Shown: one piece after another, positions 1 through 8,758 of the stretch
Position numbering within the stretch: position 1 is the stretch's first letter
How the letters are laid out: every line of letters begins with the position of its first letter
Source: an uncultured bacterium
Lineage (GTDB): Bacteria > CAIJMQ01
Direction: 5' to 3'
Assembly: GCA_964573245.1 (NCBI GenBank)
Contig: CAZNJA010000007.1
Coordinates: 2,581 to 42,224, forward strand
Length of the DNA: 39,644 bases
Translations under genes and position numbers: made by a program
The notes under the pieces: generated by a model
What the model was told of the DNA's origin: nothing
The model's database searches: none
Seen by the model: the letters and a program-made list of their open reading frames with translations, nothing else

Positions 1-1498
1 CCCAGATACGCACATCCACACCATCATACCGGTTGAGATAAGTACTGCCTACTTCTTCATGGGCATAGGTAATATAAACATTACCGTTTAAATCAACAGC
101 AAGTTGTGGAGCCCCACAGGCCTGAGTACCGGAGTCAATGGGGTTGCCATTACTGAAGGTATCAGTCCAACCACCACTGCTCCAGATTTTTACATCTTCA
201 CCGTCATAACGGCTTAAATAGATACCCAAATATAATCCTCCATTACGAGACTGTACGCCACCCTGCCCATACATGTAAACAACATACACCATACCACTTG
301 GACCAACGGCGAGCTGGGGATTGTAGGCATAACCATCACCCGGGTCTATAGAGTCCCCATTAGTAAAGTCACTTATCCAATTAGCAGTATTATTGTCCCA
401 GATACGCACATCTGTGCCGTCATAACGGTTGAGATAAACGCTATCTACTCCTCCTTCATGAGCGTAGGTAATATAAACATTATCATTTAAATCAACAGCA
501 AGTTGTGGTCCCCCACAGTTCTGTGTACCGGGGTCAATAGGAACGCCTTCTGTTAAGGTAGTCGCCCATCCACCATTGCCCCAGATTCGTACACCATTTG
601 TATCATCATACCGGCTTAAATAGATACGAGCGACTCCTCCTAAAGACTGCACATAGACAACATATACTCTACCGCTGGAATCAACGGCTATCTGGGGTAA
701 GTTGGCATGATTATCTGTGGTTGTATCAATGGGGTCGCCGAGAGCAAAGTTGGTTATCCAGTCTGAAGTGTCATTATCCCATATACGCACATTATCACCG
801 TCACACTGGTTTAAATAGATATGATTGTTCTCATTATCAGATTGGTAATAAGTAACATACACCTTACCGCTGGAATCAACGGCTATCTGGGGGGCGTAGG
901 CACTATTATCTTTAGCATCAATCGGGTCGCCGTTACCAAGTATGTTTACTGCCACCCAGCCGCAGGTATCCCATATCCTCATATTGCCGTCATAACGGCT
1001 TAAATAGATATCATTGGCTGCCCCGTTAGACTGCTCATAGACAACATACGCCTTACCGTTAGAATCAACGGCTATCTGGGGGTGGGAGGCACCATAAGTT
1101 GTAGCTGCATCAATCGGGTCGCCGCCGGCGAAGTTGGTTATCCAGTTTGGAGTATCATTATCCCAGATACGCACATCTGTACCGTTATAACGGCTTAAAT
1201 AGATACGATGGGCCAACGCACCATCATGCTGGTAATAAGTAACATATACTCTACCGCTGGGAGCAACAGCCATCTGCGGGGAATATGCAGGAGAACCTGT
1301 AGCTGCATCAATAGGGTCGCCGCCGGCGAAGGTAGTTATCCAGCTTGAAGTGTCATCATCCCAGATGTCTACTCCTTCTGCAAAGCAGGGGTTGTTCATT
1401 AATGCAACAAACCCTAATACAAAACTAAGAACCAATACTAAACTTTCTACTTTTCTTTTTCTACACCAACTTAATTTTTGAATACTAATCCTTTCCAT
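1..1498 (-). CDS. Secreted tandem-repeat protein (probable beta-propeller), truncated at the window edge
   Basis: Manual translation from ATG 1498 (AGGAGG RBS at 1504-1509) stays open to base 1. It begins with a signal peptide MERISIQKLSWCRKRKVESLVLVLSFVLGFVALMNNPCFA, followed by 7 complete 60-72 aa repeats (IWD..W...F..GDPID....PQ[IL]AVD..G.VY..Y.....IYL[SN]RYDG). Confidence 0.9.
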   Translation of the reverse strand, partial: MERISIQKLSWCRKRKVESLVLVLSFVLGFVALMNNPCFAEGVDIWDDDTSSWITTFAGGDPIDAATGSPAYSPQMAVAPSGRVYVTYYQHDGALAHRIYLSRYNGTDVRIWDNDTPNWITNFAGGDPIDAATTYGASHPQIAVDSNGKAYVVYEQSNGAANDIYLSRYDGNMRIWDTCGWVAVNILGNGDPIDAKDNSAYAPQIAVDSSGKVYVTYYQSDNENNHIYLNQCDGDNVRIWDNDTSDWITNFALGDPIDTTTDNHANLPQIAVDSSGRVYVVYVQSLGGVARIYLSRYDDTNGVRIWGNGGWATTLTEGVPIDPGTQNCGGPQLAVDLNDNVYITYAHEGGVDSVYLNRYDGTDVRIWDNNTANWISDFTNGDSIDPGDGYAYNPQLAVGPSGMVYVVYMYGQGGVQSRNGGLYLGIYLSRYDGEDVKIWSSGGWTDTFSNGNPIDSGTQACGAPQLAVDLNGNVYITYAHEEVGSTYLNRYDGVDVRIW

Positions 1499-1536
1499 AA
1501 AATCCTCCTTTTTATTTTATATAAATAGTATTGACC

Positions 1537-1565
1537 ATTATAGAAAAGAACAAAAGTTATTTCAA
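1537..1565 (-). promoter_or_regulatory. Sigma70-type promoter of the repeat-protein gene
   Basis: Minus strand TTGAAA-17 nt-TATAAT. Confidence 0.6.
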
Positions 1566-1578
1566 AAACATCAATTTT

Positions 1579-2637
1579 TTATTGGGTCTTTCTTAGAGAG
1601 ATAAACCTTTTCTTGATATAGTCAACCCTTGCACTAATATCATCATACACAAGAACAGCTGAAATTACAGCAACACTATCTGCACCTGACTTTATTACTT
1701 CACAAATATTTTTTTCGTTAATCCCACCGATAGCAACTATTGGTATGGATATCCTTTTCTTTGTTTCTTTTATAACTTTTATTCCCAAAGGTGCAGGGAT
1801 ATCTTTCTTTGTAGTTGTTCGGAAAATAGGACCTAATGCAACATAATCAGCGCCATTCTTCTCTGCTTTTATTGCTTCTTTTACACTATCGCAGGATATT
1901 CCTATAATTTTATCTTCCCCGAGAATTCGCCTCGTTTCCTTTATAGGTAAATCATCTTTTCCCAGATGCACACCATCAGCATCTGAAGAAACGGCAATAT
2001 CAACTCTATCATTTACAATAAATAAAACATCTTTTGGAATTAAACTTCTTATCTTTGTAGCTTTACTATAAAGCTTTTTATCGGAACCTTCGGAACCTGT
2101 TTTATCACGCAACTGAATTGTATCGACATCACCTTTAACCGCTTCCTTCACGATTTCCTCGTTTGATTTGCCTGCTATTTTTTCATCGGTAATAACATAA
2201 AGCCCTAGATGAGATACACGCTCTTTTCGGTATACTAACAACTGGATTTTTTTCTGAAGTGTGTATAAATTGAACCTTATTTTCTTGATTTTTGCGGTAG
2301 ATTTTGGATTGATAAGTCTTGAATATTCTTCCAGAACCCTTATGCTCTCCTCAACTCTGGAAAAATTGGAAGCAATTATTTCCTGAAAATTTTTTCTCTT
2401 TTTTTCTTTTCTACTCTTCCCGATATCTGTTTGGCTTCGTCTTGAGGCAAGAAGTTTGATTGATGATATATCAAGCAACAAGGGAACACGTGAAATTTCG
2501 TGCCTTAAACTTCTTAATCTGTCGGCAAATTCTTTTTTCCCAAAAATAAAACGCAGATTGTCTTCTATTACTCTTATGCCCTCTCTTGCCCTGTTTATAT
2601 TAGCGTCAATTATGAGATATATCTTTCTATCGGTCAT
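1579..2637 (-). CDS. thiE: Thiamine-phosphate synthase with N-terminal ThiD2 domain
   Basis: N-terminal IDANINRAREGIRVIED repeated as NFSRVEESIRVLEE (ThiD2); ThiE motifs QLRDK, IVNDRVD, GVHLG, TTTK, AIGGI. Confidence 0.93.
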   Translation of the reverse strand: MTDRKIYLIIDANINRAREGIRVIEDNLRFIFGKKEFADRLRSLRHEISRVPLLLDISSIKLLASRRSQTDIGKSRKEKKRKNFQEIIASNFSRVEESIRVLEEYSRLINPKSTAKIKKIRFNLYTLQKKIQLLVYRKERVSHLGLYVITDEKIAGKSNEEIVKEAVKGDVDTIQLRDKTGSEGSDKKLYSKATKIRSLIPKDVLFIVNDRVDIAVSSDADGVHLGKDDLPIKETRRILGEDKIIGISCDSVKEAIKAEKNGADYVALGPIFRTTTKKDIPAPLGIKVIKETKKRISIPIVAIGGINEKNICEVIKSGADSVAVISAVLVYDDISARVDYIKKRFISLRKTQ

Positions 2638-3113
2638 TGTTCTTTTATCTTCTCGATTATCTTTGAAGTGGAATAGCCTTTAACTTGCGGGATGATTACT
2701 ACTTTGCCGCCGTTTGCTTCAACTATGTCCCTGCCTACAACCGTTTCTATCTTCCAATCTCCGCCTTTTACCAGAATATCGGGTTTTAATTCGGATATGA
2801 TTTTATGAGGGTTTTCTTCGCTAAATATAGTGACAAAGTCCACCATTTGAAAAGCGGCAAGGACTTCGGCTCTTTCATCCTCGGCAAATATCGGGCGGTC
2901 TCCTCCTTTTAATCTTCTTATTGAATCGTCGGAGTTTATAGCCACGACCAGCAAATCGCCTTCACTTTTCGCTTTCTTCAGCAGAATTATATGCCCTTTA
3001 TGAATGAGGTCGAAACACCCGTTTGTAAATACTACTTTTTTGTTTTTCTTTTTTTCTTCAAGGAGTTTTTCTTTGAGCAGATTTAAGTCTTTTATTATTT
3101 TACAGTCAGCCAA
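2634..3113 (-). CDS. rfaE2: D-glycero-beta-D-manno-heptose 1-phosphate adenylyltransferase
   Basis: FTNGCFDLIHKGH, NSDDSI..LKG..RP, LVKGGDW, STS.II. Confidence 0.93.
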   Translation of the reverse strand: MADCKIIKDLNLLKEKLLEEKKKNKKVVFTNGCFDLIHKGHIILLKKAKSEGDLLVVAINSDDSIRRLKGGDRPIFAEDERAEVLAAFQMVDFVTIFSEENPHKIISELKPDILVKGGDWKIETVVGRDIVEANGGKVVIIPQVKGYSTSKIIEKIKEQ

Positions 3114-3489
3114 TGCTTTCTCCTATCGCCGTTGCCATAGCATATTTTCTGTCATGGGAAATGCTCAATGCTATGTTTTTTATGCCTTTCTCTTCGGCTA
3201 TGAATTTGGTTTTACATTTAAGAGATATAGACGGCTCGCCGTTTTTATTTTTAAGTACTTCTACGTCTTTCCACCTAACGCCCAATCCCCAGCCCGTCTT
3301 CAAAACCTTGAATACCGATTCTTTTGCGGCGAACCTGCCCGCATAATTTATCCACGGAGATTCTTTGCTCTGGCAATATTTTTTTTCGTTAGCGGTAAAT
3401 ATAAGATTCAAAAAACGTTCGCCCCTTGTCTCTATTATTTTCTTTATTCTTTCTACGCTTATAATATCCGTTCCGATTCCTATAATCAC
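3106..3489 (-). CDS. acpS: Holo-ACP synthase
   Basis: GIGTDI, AGRFAAKES, LSISHD. Confidence 0.95.
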   Translation of the reverse strand: MIIGIGTDIISVERIKKIIETRGERFLNLIFTANEKKYCQSKESPWINYAGRFAAKESVFKVLKTGWGLGVRWKDVEVLKNKNGEPSISLKCKTKFIAEEKGIKNIALSISHDRKYAMATAIGESIG

Positions 3490-3495
3490 GCGGTA

Positions 3496-3545
3496 ATTAT
3501 ATCATTTTGCAGAAACTTGTATGCTACTTTCTGTTAACCTATAAT
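3496..3545. promoter_or_regulatory. Divergent acpS / alr promoters
   Basis: Plus strand TTGTAT(3517)-17-TATAAT(3540); minus strand extended -10 TGA-TATAAT (3504-3496), 6 nt before the acpS GTG. Confidence 0.55.
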
Positions 3546-3557
3546 GCCATATAAAAT

Positions 3558-4661
3558 ATGCGACCGACAAAAGTTATAATATCCTTAAAAGCCGTTCAAA
3601 ACAACATAAAAGGTATCAGAGAAAAAGTAGGCAAAGATGTAAAAATTCTCGCATGCGTCAAGACCGATGCCTACGGCCACGGCATTAAGCGCATTTCCAA
3701 AGCGATACGGAAAAAAGTGGATTATCTCGGTATCGCGTCTATAGACGAAGGAGCGCTTTTAAGAAAAATAGGTATTAAACTGCCTATTCTCGTCTTAAAC
3801 TGCATTTTGCCGGAAGAAGCAAAAGAAGTTGTTAAACACAATCTCTCACAGACATTATGTTCTCTTGACATCGCATATGCTTTGGACAAAGAGGCTTCAA
3901 AGAAAAATAAGAAAGTAAAAGTTCATATAGATATAGACACAGGGATGGGAAGAATCGGAATAAGGCAACCGGATGCGATGGGTTTTATCAAAAAGGTCAG
4001 CAAATTAAACAACCTTATTATAGAAGGCATATATACCCATTTCCCGTCCGCAGACGATAATGGGAATTTCACGCATAAACAAATTAAAATCTTTGGGCAA
4101 GTTCTAAAAAGGATAAAGGCAATCGGCATAGATATCCCAATTAAACATACAGCAAATAGTGCTGCAATTATGAACTTTCCCAAAAGTTACTTTAATATGG
4201 TTCGTCCCGGTCTCATGCTCTACGGATATTATCCGTCAACCAATGTGAAAAAAACCGTTAAACTAAAGCCGGCTTTTTCTTTAATGACCAAAATAGTATG
4301 CTTGAGAAAACTTCCGAAAGGCACAACCATAAGTTACGGCAGGACATTCACTACCAAACGTTCCTCGCTTATCGCCACACTTCCCATAGGATACGGCGAA
4401 GGATACAGCAGAGCTCTATCGGATAAAGGAGAGGTCCTTGTCCGAGGCAAAAGAGTCCCAGTCGTCGGAAGAGTATGCATGGACCAGACGATGATAGACG
4501 TAACCAAAGTGCCGCAAGTAAAGATAGGGGATGAAGCAATTTTAATAGGCAGGCAAAAAGGCAAAACAATTACCGTTGAAGAAGTTGCATCTAAAATCGG
4601 TACTATACCCTATGAAGTGGTTTGTATGATAGGAAAAAATACAAAAAGAACTTACAAATAA
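3558..4661 (+). CDS. alr: Alanine racemase
   Basis: VKTDAYGHG PLP-lysine motif, DTGMGRIG, ANSAA, VRPG, ISYG, GRVCMD. Confidence 0.97.
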   Translation: MRPTKVIISLKAVQNNIKGIREKVGKDVKILACVKTDAYGHGIKRISKAIRKKVDYLGIASIDEGALLRKIGIKLPILVLNCILPEEAKEVVKHNLSQTLCSLDIAYALDKEASKKNKKVKVHIDIDTGMGRIGIRQPDAMGFIKKVSKLNNLIIEGIYTHFPSADDNGNFTHKQIKIFGQVLKRIKAIGIDIPIKHTANSAAIMNFPKSYFNMVRPGLMLYGYYPSTNVKKTVKLKPAFSLMTKIVCLRKLPKGTTISYGRTFTTKRSSLIATLPIGYGEGYSRALSDKGEVLVRGKRVPVVGRVCMDQTMIDVTKVPQVKIGDEAILIGRQKGKTITVEEVASKIGTIPYEVVCMIGKNTKRTYK

Positions 4662-4663
4662 AG

Positions 4664-4772
4664 GATACTAGATGCCTGATACCCTCCACTGAAAATTGGC
4701 GGGCAAGCTCGATACTCGTAAAAACAAATAATAAAAATCTTTAACTAGAATCAAGCACCTAGAATCTAGTAT
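4664..4772. repeat. Heptamer arrays in inverted arrangement, interrupted by a small hairpin insert
   Basis: gatacta gatgcct gatac[26 nt]tc gatactc (4664-4717); ctagaat caagcac ctagaat ctagtat (4745-4772). Confidence 0.65.
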
Positions 4773-4792
4773 AAAACTATAAGGAGAATCCT

Positions 4793-5668
4793 TTGGACAT
4801 AGAACAAATATTAGACGATAAATATACAAAAGGATATGCAGACCTACATCTGCATACCGTTTATTCGGACGGCGAATATACGCCGGATAGTATTGTGCAA
4901 AAAGCTGTATCGGAAAACTTCCGCGCGATTGCGATAACCGACCATGACACAGTTGACGGTGTAGCCTCTGTCATCCAAGCAGCAGGTGAATCAATTGAAA
5001 TAATACCCGGCATAGAACTATCTGCCGAAGTTACTGCTTCGGAAGAAATTCACATTGTCGGACTATTCATAGATTATAAAAATCCTGAATTTTTGAAAAT
5101 CCTAAAAGGGTTATCTTTGGGAAGAAAAGACAGAATGAACGACATGTTGAAAAAATTGGGCGAAATGGGCATGCCTATCACGATGAAAGAAATAGAAAAA
5201 TTCAAAACCAAGGACGTAATCGGGCGACTCCATCTTGCGCAGGCAATGGTCGAAAAAGGTTATGTAAAAACTACAAACGAAGCGTTTAATAAATTTATCG
5301 GCGATGATAAGCCCGCTTATGCAAACAGAAACCGTCTTTCTTCAAAAAAAGCGATATCGCTGATAAAAGAAGTTGGCGGCATCTCAATAATTGCCCATCC
5401 GCACCTTTTAAAAAATGAAAACGTTATTCCTCAACTTATAGAAGAAGGGATTGAAGGAATTGAAGTTTATTTCGCAGACCACGGAGAAAATCCTTCATCC
5501 AAATATATCGAAATAGCAAAAAAATATAATCTTCTGATATCCGGCGGGTCGGATTGCCACGGGCTTTCAAAAGGGAAAATATTATTGGGGAAAGTAAGAG
5601 TTCCGTATCAGGCAATAGAAGAAATGAAGAAATGGATAGAGAAGAGAAAACAAGATAATAGATACTAG
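4793..5668 (+). CDS. PHP-domain metal-dependent phosphoesterase (TrpH/YciV-like)
   Basis: DLHLHTVYSDG, ITDHDT, PGIELS, AHP, GGSDCHG; TTG start with AAGGAG RBS. Confidence 0.9.
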   Translation: MDIEQILDDKYTKGYADLHLHTVYSDGEYTPDSIVQKAVSENFRAIAITDHDTVDGVASVIQAAGESIEIIPGIELSAEVTASEEIHIVGLFIDYKNPEFLKILKGLSLGRKDRMNDMLKKLGEMGMPITMKEIEKFKTKDVIGRLHLAQAMVEKGYVKTTNEAFNKFIGDDKPAYANRNRLSSKKAISLIKEVGGISIIAHPHLLKNENVIPQLIEEGIEGIEVYFADHGENPSSKYIEIAKKYNLLISGGSDCHGLSKGKILLGKVRVPYQAIEEMKKWIEKRKQDNRY

Positions 5669-5688
5669 CTTCTTGATACTGGATACTA
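5654..5688. repeat. Heptamer array (GATACTR) overlapping the PHP stop codon
   Basis: gataata gatacta gcttctt gatactg gatacta. Confidence 0.65.
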
Positions 5689-5708
5689 GTAACCAATATT
5701 AACTTTTT

Positions 5709-5729
5709 ATCCCGACATAACGTCGGGAT
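5709..5729. repeat. REP-like hairpin
   Basis: ATCCCGAC-ATAAC-GTCGGGAT, perfect 8-bp stem, no U-tract on the plus strand. Confidence 0.65.
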
Positions 5730-5745
5730 CGTTATTAACCTTTAA

Positions 5746-6855
5746 ATGATAAACGTCCTGCGTGTTGTATCAAATCTGGGAACCGGGGGTGTTCAGAGAA
5801 GATTGGTCTCGCTTCTTCCGTATATTGACAACAAAAAATTCAATATCACTGTATGTGCTTTTAAAGACGGTCCCCTAAAACAAACTTTGACCGAAGTTGG
5901 TTCTAAAGTCTTTATAGTTCCCAGAAAATTTAAATTTGACCCGCTCTGTATAATCCGTCTGTTCAAAATCATAAAGTCCGAGAAGATACAAATAGTTCAT
6001 ACGCATGCGCATAAACCCAACACAACAGCGCGAATAGCAGCAATTTTGGCTCGGGCTCCCGTAATAATTGCCAATGAACATAATGTTGATGAGTGGAAAA
6101 GCACTTTTCAGAAATTAATAGACTGCTTTTTATCCCGTTTTACCAACAGAATAATAGTAGTATCAAAAGGCGTTCAAAAATTCTGCCAGTCAACAGGCAT
6201 TCCGTCCTGCAAATTCCGCCTTATTTATAACGGTGTTGAAGTCGATAAATTCAAGAACAAAAATTTCAGAGAGATAAAAAGAAAGGAACTGGGCATAAAT
6301 GAAAACGCCTGCGTAGTAGGAACGGTGGGAAGAATACATCCCCAGAAAGGCCATGAATTTTTAATCCAAGTAGTTGAAAAACTTTTAGTAGAGCATCAAT
6401 CGCTTATATTCCTAATAATCGGCGAAGGATATTTGAAGAATGAATTTATACTTAAAGTAAAATCCTTAAACTTAAGTAAAAACATTCTATTCTTAGGTGA
6501 AAGAGAAGATATACCCGAACTTCTTTCCTGTATGGATATATTCGTTTTACCTTCAATTAGAGAAGGATTCCCAAATACCATTCTGGAAGCGATGGCTTCT
6601 TCCCTGCCTGTTGTAGCAACAGACGTGGGAGGAGTAAGAGAATTAATTATAGCAAATGAAACCGGTTTTATAGTTCCACCCGCAGACATTCCTGCGTTAT
6701 ATGAGAGTTTATCAAAATTGATAAAGGACAAGGACTTAAGGGTTCAAATGGGAAACGCCGGATTTGAACGGGTGAAAGAATTTTCTATTGAAAAAATGGC
6801 TAAAGAAACAGAAGATTTATATCAGGAATTGATTAAGAAGAATTTTGTTGCTTAA
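5746..6855 (+). CDS. Glycosyltransferase family 4
   Basis: GGVQR, VGRIHPQKG, PSIREGFPNTILEAMA, TDVGG. Confidence 0.93.
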   Translation: MINVLRVVSNLGTGGVQRRLVSLLPYIDNKKFNITVCAFKDGPLKQTLTEVGSKVFIVPRKFKFDPLCIIRLFKIIKSEKIQIVHTHAHKPNTTARIAAILARAPVIIANEHNVDEWKSTFQKLIDCFLSRFTNRIIVVSKGVQKFCQSTGIPSCKFRLIYNGVEVDKFKNKNFREIKRKELGINENACVVGTVGRIHPQKGHEFLIQVVEKLLVEHQSLIFLIIGEGYLKNEFILKVKSLNLSKNILFLGEREDIPELLSCMDIFVLPSIREGFPNTILEAMASSLPVVATDVGGVRELIIANETGFIVPPADIPALYESLSKLIKDKDLRVQMGNAGFERVKEFSIEKMAKETEDLYQELIKKNFVA

Positions 6856-7850
6856 TTTGGCATTACGACAAAATCAACAATAACCGGGTAATGGTCTGAA
6901 CCTACCCCGGGCCCAATCTCTTTTCTGATAATTTCTATACCCTTTGAATAAAGGCAATGGTCAATTGGAATAAGTAATAATGGATTGTGAGACGGCCATG
7001 TAGGTTGTACGCCCCTGCCTTGCGAACTGTCTTTCAATCCGCTTTCCCTTAATAATTTCCGGAAATGCCAACTCCACAGAGATATATTAAGGTCGCCTAT
7101 TAAAAGCACAGGGGATGGAGCATCTCGAATGAATCGCGGCAATTCTTCAAGTTGTTTATTCCTCAAAATGGAATATTCTTTACTCGTAGGCGGCAGAGGA
7201 TGAGTGGCCAAAATAACAAATTTGCCATTATTTGTCTCAACCTCAGCAAAGATAGATGGAATATCAGCATCGCCAATATATATAATGTCGGCTTGTGTTA
7301 ATGGATACTTGCTATAAAGAGTTATTCCAAAATTATCTTCACGCGGTTGAATTTTTGAGTAGAGATACAGATTTGATAGTAATTGCAAACCGCTAACCCA
7401 CTTATCATCTATTTCTTCCAGCACAACAATGTCAGGATTATAATCCTGAATGACTTTACTGACTTTAGCTATACTCCCAAACTGAGTATTCACATTTAGC
7501 AACAAGATGCGTTGTGATATTTGCGAATTCAAATCGTTTGTTGTTCTACCAAGATATAGCGGAAGAATTGTAGATAAATTTACAATAGCCAAAAGCCCAA
7601 AACAGAGGGCTATCTTGTTATAATTTCTGGGAATAAGAAGTAGTAAAGAAACAATACTAAGACCAATAAAATACTGGACGCGGAAATGAGAAAATAAGTC
7701 TAAGAACCAATATAAAAAACCCAAGAAACCCAGAATAGTACTTATTGAAATGACAACGCCAGCTGCAATAATAATTCCCCATGCATTAAAACTGAACCTA
7801 AAGAAATCAGGTACTTTCTCCATGAAAACATTTAAGTTTCTACAAGCCAA
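6852..7850 (-). CDS. Membrane-anchored endonuclease/exonuclease/phosphatase (EEP) family protein
   Basis: N-terminal TMs with DLFSHFRVQY; LLNV, LEE, GDLN, PTWP, IDH, GSDHYPV. The start may be the Met 9 codons downstream. Confidence 0.88.
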   Translation of the reverse strand: MACRNLNVFMEKVPDFFRFSFNAWGIIIAAGVVISISTILGFLGFLYWFLDLFSHFRVQYFIGLSIVSLLLLIPRNYNKIALCFGLLAIVNLSTILPLYLGRTTNDLNSQISQRILLLNVNTQFGSIAKVSKVIQDYNPDIVVLEEIDDKWVSGLQLLSNLYLYSKIQPREDNFGITLYSKYPLTQADIIYIGDADIPSIFAEVETNNGKFVILATHPLPPTSKEYSILRNKQLEELPRFIRDAPSPVLLIGDLNISLWSWHFRKLLRESGLKDSSQGRGVQPTWPSHNPLLLIPIDHCLYSKGIEIIRKEIGPGVGSDHYPVIVDFVVMPN

Positions 7851-7865
7851 TTAATCATTGAAAAT

Positions 7866-8663
7866 TTATACTTCAACACTCGCTTGAGACCCTGTTCTGT
7901 TATCATCTTGTTTTCTCCAATTCATATAGCACCATCGCAGAATGGGGATACTGACCAGAGCAAGCGGTAGAATAGCAAGCTCAATCCACCACATCGATAT
8001 TTGACCTATCTTTCCTGAGACATGCACAGCTCCAGCAATACCGTCAAGCAGGGTAAAAATTAGAAATCCCCAGAAGACCATCATGGGTTTCCGATTAGTT
8101 ATACCTAACAAAACCAGTGCGCGAGAAGAGGTATGACATAATATTGCAATGATCCTCTCAGCCGGCCCAAGAAGCCAGAATAGCGGACTCATTTTAGCTA
8201 CCGCTTCAATTGCTTCACGAGCCTTCTCTGTACCCGGAAGCCCTGCAAGCATAACGAGGATACCAATCAGACTGGCTATCCCCAAAAGAAATGCTTCAAA
8301 AGCACCGGCACCTACGCCAACTCCGATAGCTCTTTCTGCATCTCGCCCGAGCTGTCGCCAGATAAGAACAGCAATGACAGTTAAACCTATTTCAAATAGA
8401 CTGGATTGAATACCTATGAACAGTCCACCGCTAAAAACCAAGAGGGAATACGAAAAGCGCTCCTTCATAAATCCGAGCACTGCTTTATTTGTCAATAGAG
8501 CACATATTACTTTGAGTATAACAGCAACAGTCCACAAGCCAGCGCCTACCCAGAACCATTTGATTGGAAGACGTGACAAACGCCGCCAATAGACCACGGC
8601 CGCACCGGCAACAATCATCATGCCAAGTGCGGGCACCAAAGAAATTATCAGGTTATTGTCCAT
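7866..8663 (-). CDS. YhfC/PrsW-like intramembrane glutamic protease
   Basis: Multi-TM; GVGAGAFEA and ERIIAILCH motifs. Confidence 0.7.
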   Translation of the reverse strand: MDNNLIISLVPALGMMIVAGAAVVYWRRLSRLPIKWFWVGAGLWTVAVILKVICALLTNKAVLGFMKERFSYSLLVFSGGLFIGIQSSLFEIGLTVIAVLIWRQLGRDAERAIGVGVGAGAFEAFLLGIASLIGILVMLAGLPGTEKAREAIEAVAKMSPLFWLLGPAERIIAILCHTSSRALVLLGITNRKPMMVFWGFLIFTLLDGIAGAVHVSGKIGQISMWWIELAILPLALVSIPILRWCYMNWRKQDDNRTGSQASVEV

Positions 8664-8758
8664 TTCTACTATCCCTGTAATGTATTTTAACTATACAGAA
8701 AAAATCCATTACCTCACTACAAATCTACACTTCAACACATCAAAAAATAAAATAAGAA

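Noticed and set aside
598-1003. Plus-strand ORFs 598-855 and 821-1003
   Set aside because: Antisense shadows of the repeat-protein gene.
1021-1030. CCCCGTTAGA, matching the palindromic element terminus
   Set aside because: No partner arm. It encodes SNG in a normal-length repeat loop, so it is probably chance.
1-1370. Regularly spaced DNA repeats suggesting CRISPR or a DGR template/variable repeat
   Set aside because: The repeats are degenerate, codon-phased units of one ORF. There are no unique spacers, cas genes or reverse transcriptase, and the differences are not adenine-specific.
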